The position numbers were made by a program, and so were the translations under genes. Of a stretch of DNA of 64,000 nt, positions 36,774-46,919 are shown piece after piece. Numbering within the stretch: the first letter of the stretch is position 1; every line of letters starts with the position of its first letter. The notes under the pieces were generated by a model. The model saw only the letters and a list, made by a program, of their open reading frames with translations, had not been told where the DNA came from and did no database searches. Origin of the DNA: a virus (Duplodnaviria; Heunggongvirae; Uroviricota; Caudoviricetes); the IMG/VR virus record IMGVR_UViG_3300013200_000006. One strand, written 5' to 3'.

Positions 36774-37487
36774 ATGATCAAGAAAAAATTCCTACTACCC
36801 TCCGCTCTAGCCGTCACAGCCCTCACCGGCGCAATCGTCGTACCAACCTCACTCGCACAACCCCAAGACACCCCCACCGAATCCCACGCCCCCGAAAACC
36901 CCGGCGCGGACAAGGATGAGGATAAGGAGTCTGTGGAGAATACTGCGAAGAAGTCCACGGCGATCATTGCCCGTGTGCGAGCCACTATCCCCCAGCCGGA
37001 TAAGGTAGAGCGTCTCAACTTGGATAGGTTCCGTGTTTCTGACCCGCAGCCTGCCCCGGAGCCGGTAATCCCGCAGGAGACTGAAGAGGTTGTTGAGGAC
37101 ACGGAGTCGTCCGTGCCGCAGCCGGAGTTTAACGTGCCAGTTACTGACTACGGCAATGATGTTGTTGCCGCGGCCATGTCACGTATTGGTGCGCCGTATG
37201 TGTATGGTGCCACGGGCCCGGATTCTTTTGACTGTTCAGGTCTTGTGCAGTGGTCGTATGCTCAGGTAGGAAAGTCTGTGCCGCGTGTGTCTGATGCGCA
37301 GATTTGGGGTGGTACTCCAGTATCACTAGAGGAGCTGCAGCCGGGCGATGTGGTGGGATATTCTGGTGGTGGTCACGTGGGTATTTATATTGGTGATGGT
37401 CAGGTGGTTCATGCACCGACTTCTGGTCAGACGGTAACAGTGATGGGGTTGCATGATATGCCGGTTGTGGGGGCTTCGCGCTACTAG
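36774..37487 (+). CDS. secreted NlpC/P60 family peptidoglycan endopeptidase
   Basis: signal peptide MIKKKFLLPSALAVTALTGAIVVPTSLA; catalytic DCSGLV...GGHVGIYIGDG...H. Confidence 0.8.
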   Translation: MIKKKFLLPSALAVTALTGAIVVPTSLAQPQDTPTESHAPENPGADKDEDKESVENTAKKSTAIIARVRATIPQPDKVERLNLDRFRVSDPQPAPEPVIPQETEEVVEDTESSVPQPEFNVPVTDYGNDVVAAAMSRIGAPYVYGATGPDSFDCSGLVQWSYAQVGKSVPRVSDAQIWGGTPVSLEELQPGDVVGYSGGGHVGIYIGDGQVVHAPTSGQTVTVMGLHDMPVVGASRY

Positions 37488-37501
37488 GAAGTGTGGGTTT
37501 G

Positions 37502-37545
37502 TGTCCGCCGTTACCTTGTTGGGTGCGGCGGTTTTTCTTTTGTGT
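37502..37545 (+). terminator. Rho-independent terminator
   Basis: GTCCGCCGTTACC...GGTGCGGCGG stem then TTTTTCTTTTG. Confidence 0.6.
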
Positions 37546-37604
37546 GGGTGTGCTGGTGCTAAACTTCTTGGGGTAATTGAAAACTTTTTGGGAAGGAAGC
37601 AATC

Positions 37605-37874
37605 ATGAGCGATTACGTTACCTCTATGCGTGAGCATGATTCAGTAGAGGAAGCGATTGAAAAGTCTTTCGCGCCTGGCTATGAGGTTTTGTATGTTGGT
37701 GGGTCTGATGAAGAGGATAAGTATTGGGCGGTTGCAGAGTATGACGGCGACCGCGCTGTCTACGAATACCAGGTAGAAGCTTTTGGCGGGGAGTATCATT
37801 TTCAGTCTATCCCCGTAAATCCTGATACGCCTTGCACCCACAGCCCTGAAATCAACCAACTCCTCAACAATTAA
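37605..37874 (+). CDS. hypothetical small protein
   Basis: GGAAGGAAGCAATC RBS + ATG. Confidence 0.45.
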   Translation: MSDYVTSMREHDSVEEAIEKSFAPGYEVLYVGGSDEEDKYWAVAEYDGDRAVYEYQVEAFGGEYHFQSIPVNPDTPCTHSPEINQLLNN

Positions 37875-37915
37875 CCTCCCTTAACCCCTAAAACCCTAGG
37901 AAGGAGACCTACCAC

Positions 37916-39517
37916 GTGGCTAGGCAACGACGACACAACGCCCAACCTGTAGACAAGCCCACACGCGAAGAAAAGAAACAAAAATCCACCCACCTTAAAC
38001 GCACCGTCATTCTTGTTCTGTTTATTGTTCTTGTTGTTATTCTCACCGCCGCGGTAGGTCTCTACGGTATCCGAGCGTTTCTTGGCACAGCACAAAGCTC
38101 TACTACTGTCAGCCTTGATACTGACGTTGATGACGAGTACAAGGTTGGTTCCGGTACACAGGACTCTGACAACAAGGGAAAAGGTCCGAAAGATGGGGCT
38201 ATAGATTATCTGCTTGTGGGTGCGGATAGTCGTGTGGACATGCAGGGAAACCCCTTATCTCCGGAGATGGCTGAAAAGCTGCGCGCCGGGGATGTTGATA
38301 CCACAAACACGGATGTGATTATGGTTCTGCGTGTTGCTGCGGACGGGTCGCAGGCCTCGGCGGTGTCTATTCCGCGTGATACGTATATTAGTGACCGTCA
38401 GTTTGGTAACACGAAGATCAATGGTGTCTATGGCATGCACCAGGCGGATAAATTGTCTGAGTTGGGCAAGGATAATGCTGATGCGCAAAAACAGGCTGCG
38501 GACGCGGGTAGGCAGGGTCTTACTGAGGCTGTTGCAAACCTGACGGGTGTGACTGTGGATCATTATGTAGAAGTTGGTCTTGTGGGTTTTTCTCTGTTCA
38601 CAGACGCTGTCGGCGGGGTTGACGTGTGCCTAAATAACGCCACCGAAGACCCAATGACTGGGGCGTCGTTTCCTGCGGGTCAGCAGACTCTTGACGGTGC
38701 GCAAGCGTTGTCTTTTGTGCGTCAACGCTACGGGCTTGCTAATGGTGACTTGGACAGGGTGAAGCGTCAGCAAACGTATTTGACATCGATGGGTAAAAAA
38801 CTTCTTTCTGCGGGTACATTAGCGAACCCGAAGAAGTTAAAGGGGTTGTTAGATGCGGTAGAGCAGTCTGTTGCGATTGACGATAATCTTAATCTTACTG
38901 AGGCCGCAACCACCTTATCGAAAATTGACCCCAGTAACATCACGTTCGAAACCATCCCCGTTATCACCATCGCCGGACAAGGAGACCACGGCGAATCCGT
39001 CGTCGAAGTAGACACCCCCACCGTCCAAAACTTCTTCGCCGCCCGCGCCGGATCTACCACACCCGATACCCCCCGAACAGACAACCACGTCGACCCCCGC
39101 GGCGAAAAACTCCCCGAAGACATGGCTGTTATCGAATCCGTGCCATCCGCCCGAGTATTCTCCGTTGGCACTGACGAAGCCCCGGCGCGCGATGCTGCGA
39201 AACGACTCACTGACGACGGTATCGTAGTCACAGATGTGGCTATGGCACCATCAAAGTGGTCTTCATCAGGCGGCCAGGTACTAGTGCGCTCGGCTACAAA
39301 ATCCGCGCAGCACATCGGTGATCTTCTAGGTCTACCAGTTGTAGAGCAGCGATCCTTACCAGAAGGTACTGTAGTTGCTCTTGTTGGTGCCCCGTCGTCC
39401 GAGGTTCCTGCAGGCGAATTAGACTCTAGTGAAGCAGAAGAATTTGTGCCCTCTGCCCCACCTGTACAGTCCTCAGAAGCCACCAATGTAGAACAAGGAG
39501 CAGTGTGCGTTAATTAA
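37916..39517 (+). CDS. LytR-CpsA-Psr (LCP) family cell-envelope phosphotransferase with LytR_C-like tail
   Basis: N-terminal TM; LLVGADSR, MVLRV...SIPRDTY, ALSFVRQRY LCP signatures. Confidence 0.8.
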   Translation: MARQRRHNAQPVDKPTREEKKQKSTHLKRTVILVLFIVLVVILTAAVGLYGIRAFLGTAQSSTTVSLDTDVDDEYKVGSGTQDSDNKGKGPKDGAIDYLLVGADSRVDMQGNPLSPEMAEKLRAGDVDTTNTDVIMVLRVAADGSQASAVSIPRDTYISDRQFGNTKINGVYGMHQADKLSELGKDNADAQKQAADAGRQGLTEAVANLTGVTVDHYVEVGLVGFSLFTDAVGGVDVCLNNATEDPMTGASFPAGQQTLDGAQALSFVRQRYGLANGDLDRVKRQQTYLTSMGKKLLSAGTLANPKKLKGLLDAVEQSVAIDDNLNLTEAATTLSKIDPSNITFETIPVITIAGQGDHGESVVEVDTPTVQNFFAARAGSTTPDTPRTDNHVDPRGEKLPEDMAVIESVPSARVFSVGTDEAPARDAAKRLTDDGIVVTDVAMAPSKWSSSGGQVLVRSATKSAQHIGDLLGLPVVEQRSLPEGTVVALVGAPSSEVPAGELDSSEAEEFVPSAPPVQSSEATNVEQGAVCVN

Positions 39518-40367
39518 TCTCACACGCATCGAGCACGTCTTGTACTAGCTGATCAGCGTCCGCGTCGGGGGTGGTTTTTGAATCAGCAAGTGCCCACATG
39601 GTTGTGGCAATTTGCTGGGGGAATCCTTCAGGGTTTGACGATGTGGGAGAGAGTTGGGCGACGAAGTTTTGGGGCGTTCCACTCGGGCCCACAACGTCAA
39701 GATACCTGGCGTACAGTCCATAGATTTCGTCACGAGTATAGACCTTAATACCACGTTCCTGGATCTCTTCTGGGGTCCACACGTCACCCTCGTAGGATTG
39801 CCTCAACTCTGGGTGATGATAAATCGCGGCGGATCGGCCCTCAACAGTGGTGGTGACATACGTGATCCATGCCTCCGCATAGTCTGCCTTGGTCCCTTGT
39901 TCGACACCCTCTGCCGCCATGATCATAATAGGATCAAGGTTTTCTTGACCTTGGGTGGTGCATTTGTCCACAAAGTCGTAGAGTTGGTTTCCCTGACTGT
40001 CCGAGCGCAGTTCCCCAATGGCTTCTTGCTGCTCTTTGTCCATAATACGATCTGGCATAAGCCACGAGGGTATATTCGACGCGGCGTTTCCTATCCACGA
40101 TGTTGCTACTGCTCCTGCGGGGGCAAGAACACTGACAGCACCAAATATCAGGAAAACTACTACAGCTACAATGCCTACTGTTTTCCACCCGCCTAGAGCA
40201 AGAAATACTTTCCTACCAATTTTGCGGGCAATGTTTTTCGCTGCAGAAGAGCCCTTCTTTATAGCGGGAGCTCCCTTAGTATTATCTACCGCGCCGCGCG
40301 TATTATCTTGGGCCCCGCGGGTAGTATCTTTTGACTCGGGGGATAGTTTTTTAGCAAGCCACGACAC
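39510..40367 (-). CDS. membrane protein
   Basis: TM VGIVAVVVFLIFGAVSVLAPAGAV; GTG start placed just after upstream lipoprotein stop to avoid a 139-nt overlap. Confidence 0.4.
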   Translation of the reverse strand: MSWLAKKLSPESKDTTRGAQDNTRGAVDNTKGAPAIKKGSSAAKNIARKIGRKVFLALGGWKTVGIVAVVVFLIFGAVSVLAPAGAVATSWIGNAASNIPSWLMPDRIMDKEQQEAIGELRSDSQGNQLYDFVDKCTTQGQENLDPIMIMAAEGVEQGTKADYAEAWITYVTTTVEGRSAAIYHHPELRQSYEGDVWTPEEIQERGIKVYTRDEIYGLYARYLDVVGPSGTPQNFVAQLSPTSSNPEGFPQQIATTMWALADSKTTPDADADQLVQDVLDACEIN

Positions 40368-40378
40368 GAAAAAGTCCT

Positions 40379-41002
40379 CTACAACTGTAGGTTTTTGATA
40401 ACTTCTTCTGCTACTGTAGCAGGCTTGATGGTTTGCTCTTGGTTGGATAGCACTGTCACAGCTACGGGGCCTTTTTGTACCGAATATACTGACCCCACAC
40501 CACCTTCGTTGTTCCAACTGCCGCGGCCACCGTCCCAGCCTTCAGGCTTCATAGCGGGGCTTGTCCATTCGATGGGGGCGTAGTGGTTGACGGTAGTGAT
40601 AGCGTCTTCTTTTGTGGGAAGGTGGCGCACAATGACCTGGAGCTGCGGCTGGTCGGGGTAGGACCAGAAAACGCAGGCGGGGGTGTCAAATCGTGTGTCT
40701 AGGCCAACTCCTAAAACTTTTTGTCCGTTAGTGTCTGCGACCCAGTCAGTGTTGAGATAAGGGCATTCGTCCCATGCGTCTTTGGGTGGGATAATGGCAC
40801 CTTCTTCGGGGATAAGACCTCCGTCTGGCTGTGGCATTGTTGCGGCAGTGTCAGCCGGGCTATCTTCTGCGTCAGGATCATTGGTTTCTGACTCAATAAA
40901 ATCAGGGCCTTTGTGCAAATGATCAAAATAGCTGGTGGAGCAGCCAGTAAGGGTTACTGACAGTACTACACACGCGGCGGTAAGAGTGGTTTTTGTGCGC
41001 AT
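40379..41002 (-). CDS. lipoprotein
   Basis: MRTKTTLTAACVVLSVTLTGCS lipobox; start 13 nt downstream of polymerase stop. Confidence 0.55.
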   Translation of the reverse strand: MRTKTTLTAACVVLSVTLTGCSTSYFDHLHKGPDFIESETNDPDAEDSPADTAATMPQPDGGLIPEEGAIIPPKDAWDECPYLNTDWVADTNGQKVLGVGLDTRFDTPACVFWSYPDQPQLQVIVRHLPTKEDAITTVNHYAPIEWTSPAMKPEGWDGGRGSWNNEGGVGSVYSVQKGPVAVTVLSNQEQTIKPATVAEEVIKNLQL

Positions 41003-41015
41003 AATGTCCTGGTCC

Positions 41016-42986
41016 TTAAACATACATCCAATGATCGCCCATGAAGTTAGCATCCGAGCCGAGAAAAACTTCACGGCCCGCAGCAGCATTAAGCCAGTCT
41101 GGTGGGGTGACCATAATTTCTTGGATTTCTTTTTCTGCCTCCGAGTCTACAACAAGCTCGTCGTGGATAGCGAGAATGATTGCGTCATCGAGTCCTGCTT
41201 TGTGGATATTGTTGATTGTTTCCGACAGCATGGAGTATGCGGTTCCTTGCACAATGTAGTTCATAGCACGGTAGCCAACATATGGGTCGGTATCCCAGGG
41301 CCTGTTGTTGTCGGGGAAGTTTTCTGGCACGGTCAAGCCCCTACCGTCAACGGTGCGGATAAAGCCTTGTTTACCCGCGGTGTTTTTAACCCGGTTAAGG
41401 AAATCAACGGTGGGTTGCATGGCGGAGTTGTACTGGTTTTTAATGTTTGTGGCCTCTTCCAAGGACACGCCCAGGTTGGAGGCGAGCAGTGCTTTTCCTT
41501 GCCCGTACATATTCGCCAGCACCACTGTTTTTGCTTTTTTGCGGCCTGGGTGGTCTTTGGCTTCTTTTTCGCTAAGTTCCTGTGGGATAAGGCCTGCGAT
41601 TTTAGCGGAAGGGATGTACAGGTCACCGCCCTTGTTGAAGTCAACAAGGTAGTCAAAATCATGCGCTACGTTGGTTAGCACAACAGGCTCAATGGACGAC
41701 CAGTCAATAGACGTCCAGGATCGGCCCGGATCAGCGTGCAAAATAGGCCGAGCACGATCCGGGAATTGCTGAAGCTCAGGGTAGCGATAAGACATGCGGC
41801 CTGTGGCGTGAGCTCCGAGTACACCTACCTCGGGGTGGACTCTGCCGGTGACGTTTGCCATGGCAATGATTTTGTCCAGGTAGGTGAGGATTTTGTCGTG
41901 CTCTTTAAGGTCGGTGGCAAGTTTGATAAGTGGGTGGCCGAGTTTTTTGGTTTCCTTTTTCGACGCGGACAGTAGTCCTGATGCGGTGATCGGCCAGTCG
42001 GAGGGCAAACGGTCAGTGTAGTGTAGGTAGTTGATTACTTCCTGGGTGATTTTACCTGGTGAGGAGTCTAGGCCGAGGTCTTCAAAGACGGACATTTTTT
42101 CGTCCTTTGACTTTTCAAACTCGGCGCGGAAAGAATGTGCGTAGTCCAAGTCAGCATAGATACCAATAGCGGATCGGCGCATCATAACGTGGTTGGTGGT
42201 TTGTTCACGTTGGATAAGGCGACGGATCTGGTCAGCGGGGTTTCCGGTAAACCCGGCAGATGGTGCGCGGTAGGCGAAGTCAAGTTGCTGGGTAAACACC
42301 GTATTGTACAGGGGGCGTAAAAGCCTTAGTGTGGCGACAGTATCGGCCATGGCACCTGCCCGGTAGACGGGGTCAATGACGGTGGAGTTGCGGAAGCCCA
42401 TGTCTGCTTTGGTGTATTTTTCGCCAGTCATCTCGTCTACTGCGGTTTCGTACCCCATGACTGCGAACGAGTCGGCGATTTTGCTGTTGATTTCTGGGAA
42501 GTTACAGAACTGGGTGGACAAAGTATCCAGGTCTCGACCGCCTTTTTGGGCAGTGTTATACATGCGGGCAAGAACAAGGGTGTCCCAAATTTTGTAGATA
42601 TGGTCCAGTTCCATCAAACGGTTCTGGTACAGGCCAGGAACGTCGTAGGGGGCGTTGTGGAGGACGAGGATTCCTGCGGCGTCAATAAGCGTAATGATTG
42701 CTTCGCGCTGGCCGGGGTTTCTAGGGTCAAGGAATACGTTGATGGTGCGGTTGTTTTCGTCCCACGCGGCGGTCACACAGCGGATGAAGAATTTTTCCAG
42801 GCCTTTGGTTTCAATATCGATGGCAACGGTAAGACCTACGGGTGGGTCTTGTTCTATTTTGTGTGCCGCATCTTGGGCAATGTAGCAGTGTGCTTGGGTG
42901 GTGGGGTTGTAGTAGGTGTCGCTGTCTGCCCCGAATGTGGAGTGAGGGAGGGTGAGGGTTCTTTCGGGAATGGGGAGGTGCGGCAT
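41016..42986 (-). CDS. family A DNA polymerase (PolA-like) with 3'-5' exonuclease domain
   Basis: N-terminal exonuclease motifs (VAIDIETKG, LVLHNAPYD); polymerase motifs DYLVDF, RKKAKTVVLANMYGQG, ILAIHDELVVD. Confidence 0.8.
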   Translation of the reverse strand: MPHLPIPERTLTLPHSTFGADSDTYYNPTTQAHCYIAQDAAHKIEQDPPVGLTVAIDIETKGLEKFFIRCVTAAWDENNRTINVFLDPRNPGQREAIITLIDAAGILVLHNAPYDVPGLYQNRLMELDHIYKIWDTLVLARMYNTAQKGGRDLDTLSTQFCNFPEINSKIADSFAVMGYETAVDEMTGEKYTKADMGFRNSTVIDPVYRAGAMADTVATLRLLRPLYNTVFTQQLDFAYRAPSAGFTGNPADQIRRLIQREQTTNHVMMRRSAIGIYADLDYAHSFRAEFEKSKDEKMSVFEDLGLDSSPGKITQEVINYLHYTDRLPSDWPITASGLLSASKKETKKLGHPLIKLATDLKEHDKILTYLDKIIAMANVTGRVHPEVGVLGAHATGRMSYRYPELQQFPDRARPILHADPGRSWTSIDWSSIEPVVLTNVAHDFDYLVDFNKGGDLYIPSAKIAGLIPQELSEKEAKDHPGRKKAKTVVLANMYGQGKALLASNLGVSLEEATNIKNQYNSAMQPTVDFLNRVKNTAGKQGFIRTVDGRGLTVPENFPDNNRPWDTDPYVGYRAMNYIVQGTAYSMLSETINNIHKAGLDDAIILAIHDELVVDSEAEKEIQEIMVTPPDWLNAAAGREVFLGSDANFMGDHWMYV

Positions 42987-43071
42987 GGGTTGTGTGCCCT
43001 CCTTGGGTTGGTTGTTGGTTTTTGTAATAGGGCTCTATTCTAGGGCGTGTGCGGCGGGTTTGGCAAATTGG

Positions 43072-43473
43072 TTAGTCGCTGTAGTTGACGGTGTAGTTGC
43101 CTGTGGGTTGTTGTTGAACGTCGAAAATGAGGCAATAGTAGTGGCCGGGCATGGGTGTGGTGTAGAAGTGTGCGGGTAGTTCTTCTGGGGTGATGTCGTT
43201 GAAGTAGTCGAGGGTGTGGAGTTTTTCGGCGGCCAGGAAGGCAGCAATGCTGATGGTGTCGCGGACTGACGTAAAGCCACGTGCTTCGTAGGCAGCGTCG
43301 AGGGAGCCGTCATACTCTTCTACTTCTAGCCCATTATCAGCGTCTAGGAACGCGGATTTAAGCGCAGGGTCTGCATCTGGGTACAGGTTAGCAAGGCACA
43401 CGTTTTTGCCTGATTCTTGTGCGGTGTTTACAACGTGGCGGATAGTGTCGTCGTCATACAGTGTGTAGTCCAT
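43072..43473 (-). CDS. hypothetical protein
   Basis: 133-aa ORF. Confidence 0.45.
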   Translation of the reverse strand: MDYTLYDDDTIRHVVNTAQESGKNVCLANLYPDADPALKSAFLDADNGLEVEEYDGSLDAAYEARGFTSVRDTISIAAFLAAEKLHTLDYFNDITPEELPAHFYTTPMPGHYYCLIFDVQQQPTGNYTVNYSD

Positions 43474-43486
43474 GGTTCCTAGTGTA

Positions 43487-43942
43487 CTAGAAATCCGGCT
43501 CTTTACCCCGCGGCCAGGACCCTAACCAGTCGGGCACGTCTTTGCCTGCGGAGTAGACAATGTAGACCCCAACTTTGGGAAAATCTTCATTGGGATAAAT
43601 CTCAGCCATGTTTACTTGGCATACTTGACCGTCATCAAAATACGCGACGCCGGTTAACCCATCGAGTGTGGCGCGTAATTGCTTATCAATATCGGGCAGG
43701 GTGGTAACAAACGGGGTGTATGTTTTTGGTGCGTTGGCCTTAGCTTTGCGCACAAAAATAATAACGAGGCTGATGGGGCCTTTTTGTGGCCGGATACCCG
43801 CGGCTAGTGCCGACATTTTCACTGCTTGGCGGTAGGGTTTGACTCGCGCGCTGGATTCACGTAGCACAGTTTTGGGTTTCTTTGACGGGTCTTTAGGTCG
43901 GGTTGTAAACGCTGTTTTGGAGCCTTGGGGTGCTGCTTGCAT
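43487..43942 (-). CDS. rusA: RusA-family Holliday junction resolvase
   Basis: PDIDKQLRATLDGLTGVAYFDDGQV matches RusA D-x-DN..K...DAL...DD motif; start chosen at MQAAPQGS. Confidence 0.6.
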   Translation of the reverse strand: MQAAPQGSKTAFTTRPKDPSKKPKTVLRESSARVKPYRQAVKMSALAAGIRPQKGPISLVIIFVRKAKANAPKTYTPFVTTLPDIDKQLRATLDGLTGVAYFDDGQVCQVNMAEIYPNEDFPKVGVYIVYSAGKDVPDWLGSWPRGKEPDF

Positions 43943-44052
43943 AGGCACATAAAACTGTTTTTTCAACGAAGCGGCTCCGTTCGCACATAGTTCTTGAATG
44001 CTGTATTCTTCTAAGCATAGCAATCCGCAGTCAACCAGAAAGAAAAAATCCT

Positions 44053-44757
44053 ATGTCTATCCCCCGCCTCCTGTGCTCCTTCGACCTTGAGACCACAGGT
44101 GTTGATGTCACTACTGATCGTGTTGTCACCGCAGCATGCCTCGATATTGACACTGAATCCAACAGTCAGACCCTGCACACGTGGCTGGCTGATCCTGGGG
44201 TTGAAATCCCCACCGAAGCCTCCGACGTGCATGGTATTACTACTGACATTGCGCGCCGGGACGGTGAGGATCACGATAAGGTCATTGAAGAGGTCATTGC
44301 CCACATTTACGACTCGTGGAAGCAGGGCGCGGCTTTGGTGGTCTATAACGCCGCCTATGACCTGTCTATGCTGCATGTCCTCTCCCACGGTGCGTTCAAC
44401 ATTCATGGGCCTGTCATTGACCCATACATCATTGACCGAGGTGTGGAGCCGTATCGTCGTGGTAAGCGCAAGTTGGTGAATTTGTGTGAGGCTTATGGTG
44501 TTGAGTTTAACGAGTCTGAGGCTCACGCCGCTGACTATGACTGTTTGAAGGCTGCGGAGTTGGCGCAGCAGCAGTTGGATGGTCGTGAGTTTTCTGGCGG
44601 GGTGCCGTCTGAGGATATGCGTGCGCTGTATATGCAGCAGGTGGGGTGGTATCGGGATTGGTTTGTTGGGTTTAAGGAGTGGATGGCCTCTCAGGGCCGT
44701 TCTATTGATGGTGATGAGGTGTGGCCGATTCAGCGTCGCGCGCAGGAGGCAATTTAG
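44053..44757 (+). CDS. DnaQ-like (DEDDh) 3'-5' exonuclease
   Basis: Exo I LCSFDLETTG, Exo II VVYNAAYDLSML, Exo III HAADYDCLKAAE. Confidence 0.75.
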   Translation: MSIPRLLCSFDLETTGVDVTTDRVVTAACLDIDTESNSQTLHTWLADPGVEIPTEASDVHGITTDIARRDGEDHDKVIEEVIAHIYDSWKQGAALVVYNAAYDLSMLHVLSHGAFNIHGPVIDPYIIDRGVEPYRRGKRKLVNLCEAYGVEFNESEAHAADYDCLKAAELAQQQLDGREFSGGVPSEDMRALYMQQVGWYRDWFVGFKEWMASQGRSIDGDEVWPIQRRAQEAI

Positions 44758-44758
44758 A

Positions 44759-45046
44759 ATGCCAGCGCGGGTCTATCCTCGGTTTCCAGTGTCGTTGCGC
44801 CGCCCTTCTGTCCGGTATGGGGCAAAAATCTCTTTGGAGGGTGTGGAGTATCGGGGTCGTGGGGCTACGCCGCGGGAGGCTTTTGAGTCTGCTGCTGCGA
44901 TGGCGGAGATTTTTGATGGCATTGTGTTTAGGGGCGAGGTTGCGCAGCCGCGGAATCCTATTGTTGAAGACGCGAGGGCTGTAGGCATCGTGGTGAAAGC
45001 GGCGGCGAAGCGTGTGGTTTCAGTGTTGAAGAAGGGGAAGCAATGA
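44759..45046 (+). CDS. hypothetical small basic protein
   Basis: ATG immediately after exonuclease stop; track shows longer overlapping form 44579..45046. Confidence 0.4.
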   Translation: MPARVYPRFPVSLRRPSVRYGAKISLEGVEYRGRGATPREAFESAAAMAEIFDGIVFRGEVAQPRNPIVEDARAVGIVVKAAAKRVVSVLKKGKQ

Positions 45047-45360
45047 AGTCTCGGCAAGAATACAGGCATGTTGCGCGCCGGGCTTTGGAGTCGGATAAGA
45101 AGTTTTTGGCACGAAATTATGGCGACAAAGTTAAATACGTGATCAATTTCTCCGAGAAAGGCCACTTGGTATCTCGGCAGTATATTTGGGTTGAGGATCT
45201 CTCCGAGCCGGGCGAGACGTTGGTGGTACTGGAAAGTTTCTATAATGGCCGCAGTTTTCACAACCCACCATCACCCGTGTTCAAGGCATGCAAGAAAGCA
45301 ATTGAGCGTCTTTTAGCCGAAGAAGGCGACGAGAATCAGGATTCTGGCGCACCTATTTGA
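45043..45360 (+). CDS. hypothetical protein
   Basis: 105-aa ORF overlapping previous stop by 4 nt. Confidence 0.45.
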   Translation: MKSRQEYRHVARRALESDKKFLARNYGDKVKYVINFSEKGHLVSRQYIWVEDLSEPGETLVVLESFYNGRSFHNPPSPVFKACKKAIERLLAEEGDENQDSGAPI

Positions 45361-45696
45361 GGTCGATACCAGGTGTGGAGTCCATGCACTCAAACACCTG
45401 GTCGTAGCCGTCTGTACGAGAGGTAAGCGGCTCCATGTTTGTGCGCGCTATAACCCCGGATACGAGTGTGGCGCGCATAATGTCTACAAAACGCTGCGGG
45501 TCTGTGGTGTGCTCTACTGTGTCGTGGTACTCGGGGGTGAAAAAGCTTGTATCGCCGTAAACAACGCGGGGGAAGACTTCTTCGGTTTCTACATCGGAAA
45601 CTGTGTCACCTAGGTAGATGCTGGCGGTGATCACAGTATCGTGGGGTGTGACGGTGATAATGAATGAGTCCACTGAAATCCTCCTAGGTATATAAG

Positions 45697-45769
45697 CTCC
45701 CTCAACTGGGTTCGAACCAGTGACCCTTCGATTAACAGTCGAATGCTCTGCCAACTGAGCTATGAGGGA
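45697..45769 (-). tRNA. tRNA-Asn (anticodon GUU)
   Basis: reverse complement folds: acceptor TCCCTCA/TGAGGGA, D-stem GCTC/GAGC, anticodon loop CTGTTAA, T-loop TTCGAAC. Confidence 0.8.
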
Positions 45770-45836
45770 TTATGCAGCCCGGCGCGGTGAGGTTGCTATG
45801 AGGTACGCGCCGGGCACAGGGGTTAGTATATCAGGT

Positions 45837-46838
45837 TTAGGACATGCTGTGCAATTCTTGAGGTATGTGCATGCGGGTGTCGCGCATAAAGTCCTCTATT
45901 TCCCACCCCCAGGGGCGTGTTTTGGCGAAGTCGTCTACTGCTGATGTGACTCCTACAGCCCAATAATTATTGTCACTATCCATGGCAAAAATAGGCCCTC
46001 CAGAGTCACCGCGGTCAGAAAGGCCCCAGAACCTAAAGCTACCGTTGTTAGTGTCAATAATATTTCCGCAGGAGAATCCAGTAGTCCTTCCCAGGTGACA
46101 TACGGTAAGTCCTTTGTCCATTGCTTTTTGTGCGGACATGACTCCTTTAAATGTTGTTCCGGCTACAGGTAGTGTGGCCGATACCCATGCTGGGTTGGTG
46201 ATTTTGATAAGCCCTGTATCGTCTCCTGCGATGAAGGTTTCCTTGTCGTCTTGGTAGCGCACACGGGTGTCTGTCATGTGGCCTATGATTTCGTACCTAT
46301 TTGAGTTTTGTTCGTAGATGGCGAATGTATCTCCTCTTTTTCCGCAGTGCCCTGCTGTGAGGATATAGAGCTCATTGTTCGCATTTGACACAATGTATCC
46401 AGCGCTGCAGAAGTATCCATGGGTAAGGTTTTTGATTTCCGCGCCGGGGAATATGCTGTGGGGTTTTTGGAGTTGGGGGAGCCAGTCGACGGAGTTGTGG
46501 TAGGTCATTCCTTCGGGGGTTTTTGTTGAGGTTTTGTTGTAGGTGGTGTCTTTGATTGTGCCGGTGGCGTATCCCTTTTTGTAGGTGCAGTCGATGGTGG
46601 CTCGGTGTTGGTTGGAGTCGTGGTCGGTGTAGGTGAAGGGGATGGTGGCGGTGCCGTGTATTTTGGCGGCGGTGTTGTCGAGCGTTGCGGTTGGGGGTAG
46701 CCCTTTGTTGGTGAGGTGTTGGTTTACGTAGTTGGTGCAGGCGAGTGTCATGGAGTCGGTGAGTTGGGTGGGCAGCGTGCAGCTGGTGGCGAGGAGTGTG
46801 AGGGCTGTGAGGAGTAGGGTGGTGAGTTTTTTGTTCAT
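45837..46838 (-). CDS. secreted trypsin-like (S1) serine protease, probable lipoprotein
   Basis: signal/lipobox LLATSC; active-site TAGHCG (His), GDSGGPIF (Ser). Confidence 0.7.
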   Translation of the reverse strand: MNKKLTTLLLTALTLLATSCTLPTQLTDSMTLACTNYVNQHLTNKGLPPTATLDNTAAKIHGTATIPFTYTDHDSNQHRATIDCTYKKGYATGTIKDTTYNKTSTKTPEGMTYHNSVDWLPQLQKPHSIFPGAEIKNLTHGYFCSAGYIVSNANNELYILTAGHCGKRGDTFAIYEQNSNRYEIIGHMTDTRVRYQDDKETFIAGDDTGLIKITNPAWVSATLPVAGTTFKGVMSAQKAMDKGLTVCHLGRTTGFSCGNIIDTNNGSFRFWGLSDRGDSGGPIFAMDSDNNYWAVGVTSAVDDFAKTRPWGWEIEDFMRDTRMHIPQELHSMS

Positions 46839-46919
46839 GTTTTTGGGGTGGTTTGGTGGTGTTTGTTGTTAGAGTTGTGGTGTTAGCTTTTGTCCAGTTA
46901 TAAGAATTGAAGATTCAAT

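Noticed and set aside
36774-39517. NlpC/P60 hydrolase as phage endolysin and the LCP gene as evidence of host chromosome
   Set aside because: NlpC/P60 has a cleavable signal peptide, unlike typical endolysins, so it is more likely host-type or a moron. No compositional or boundary signal separates host from phage DNA here, so no prophage border was called.
45353-45754. 133-aa minus-strand ORF
   Set aside because: It overlaps a well-folding tRNA-Asn gene on the same strand, and no RBS is present. Likely spurious.
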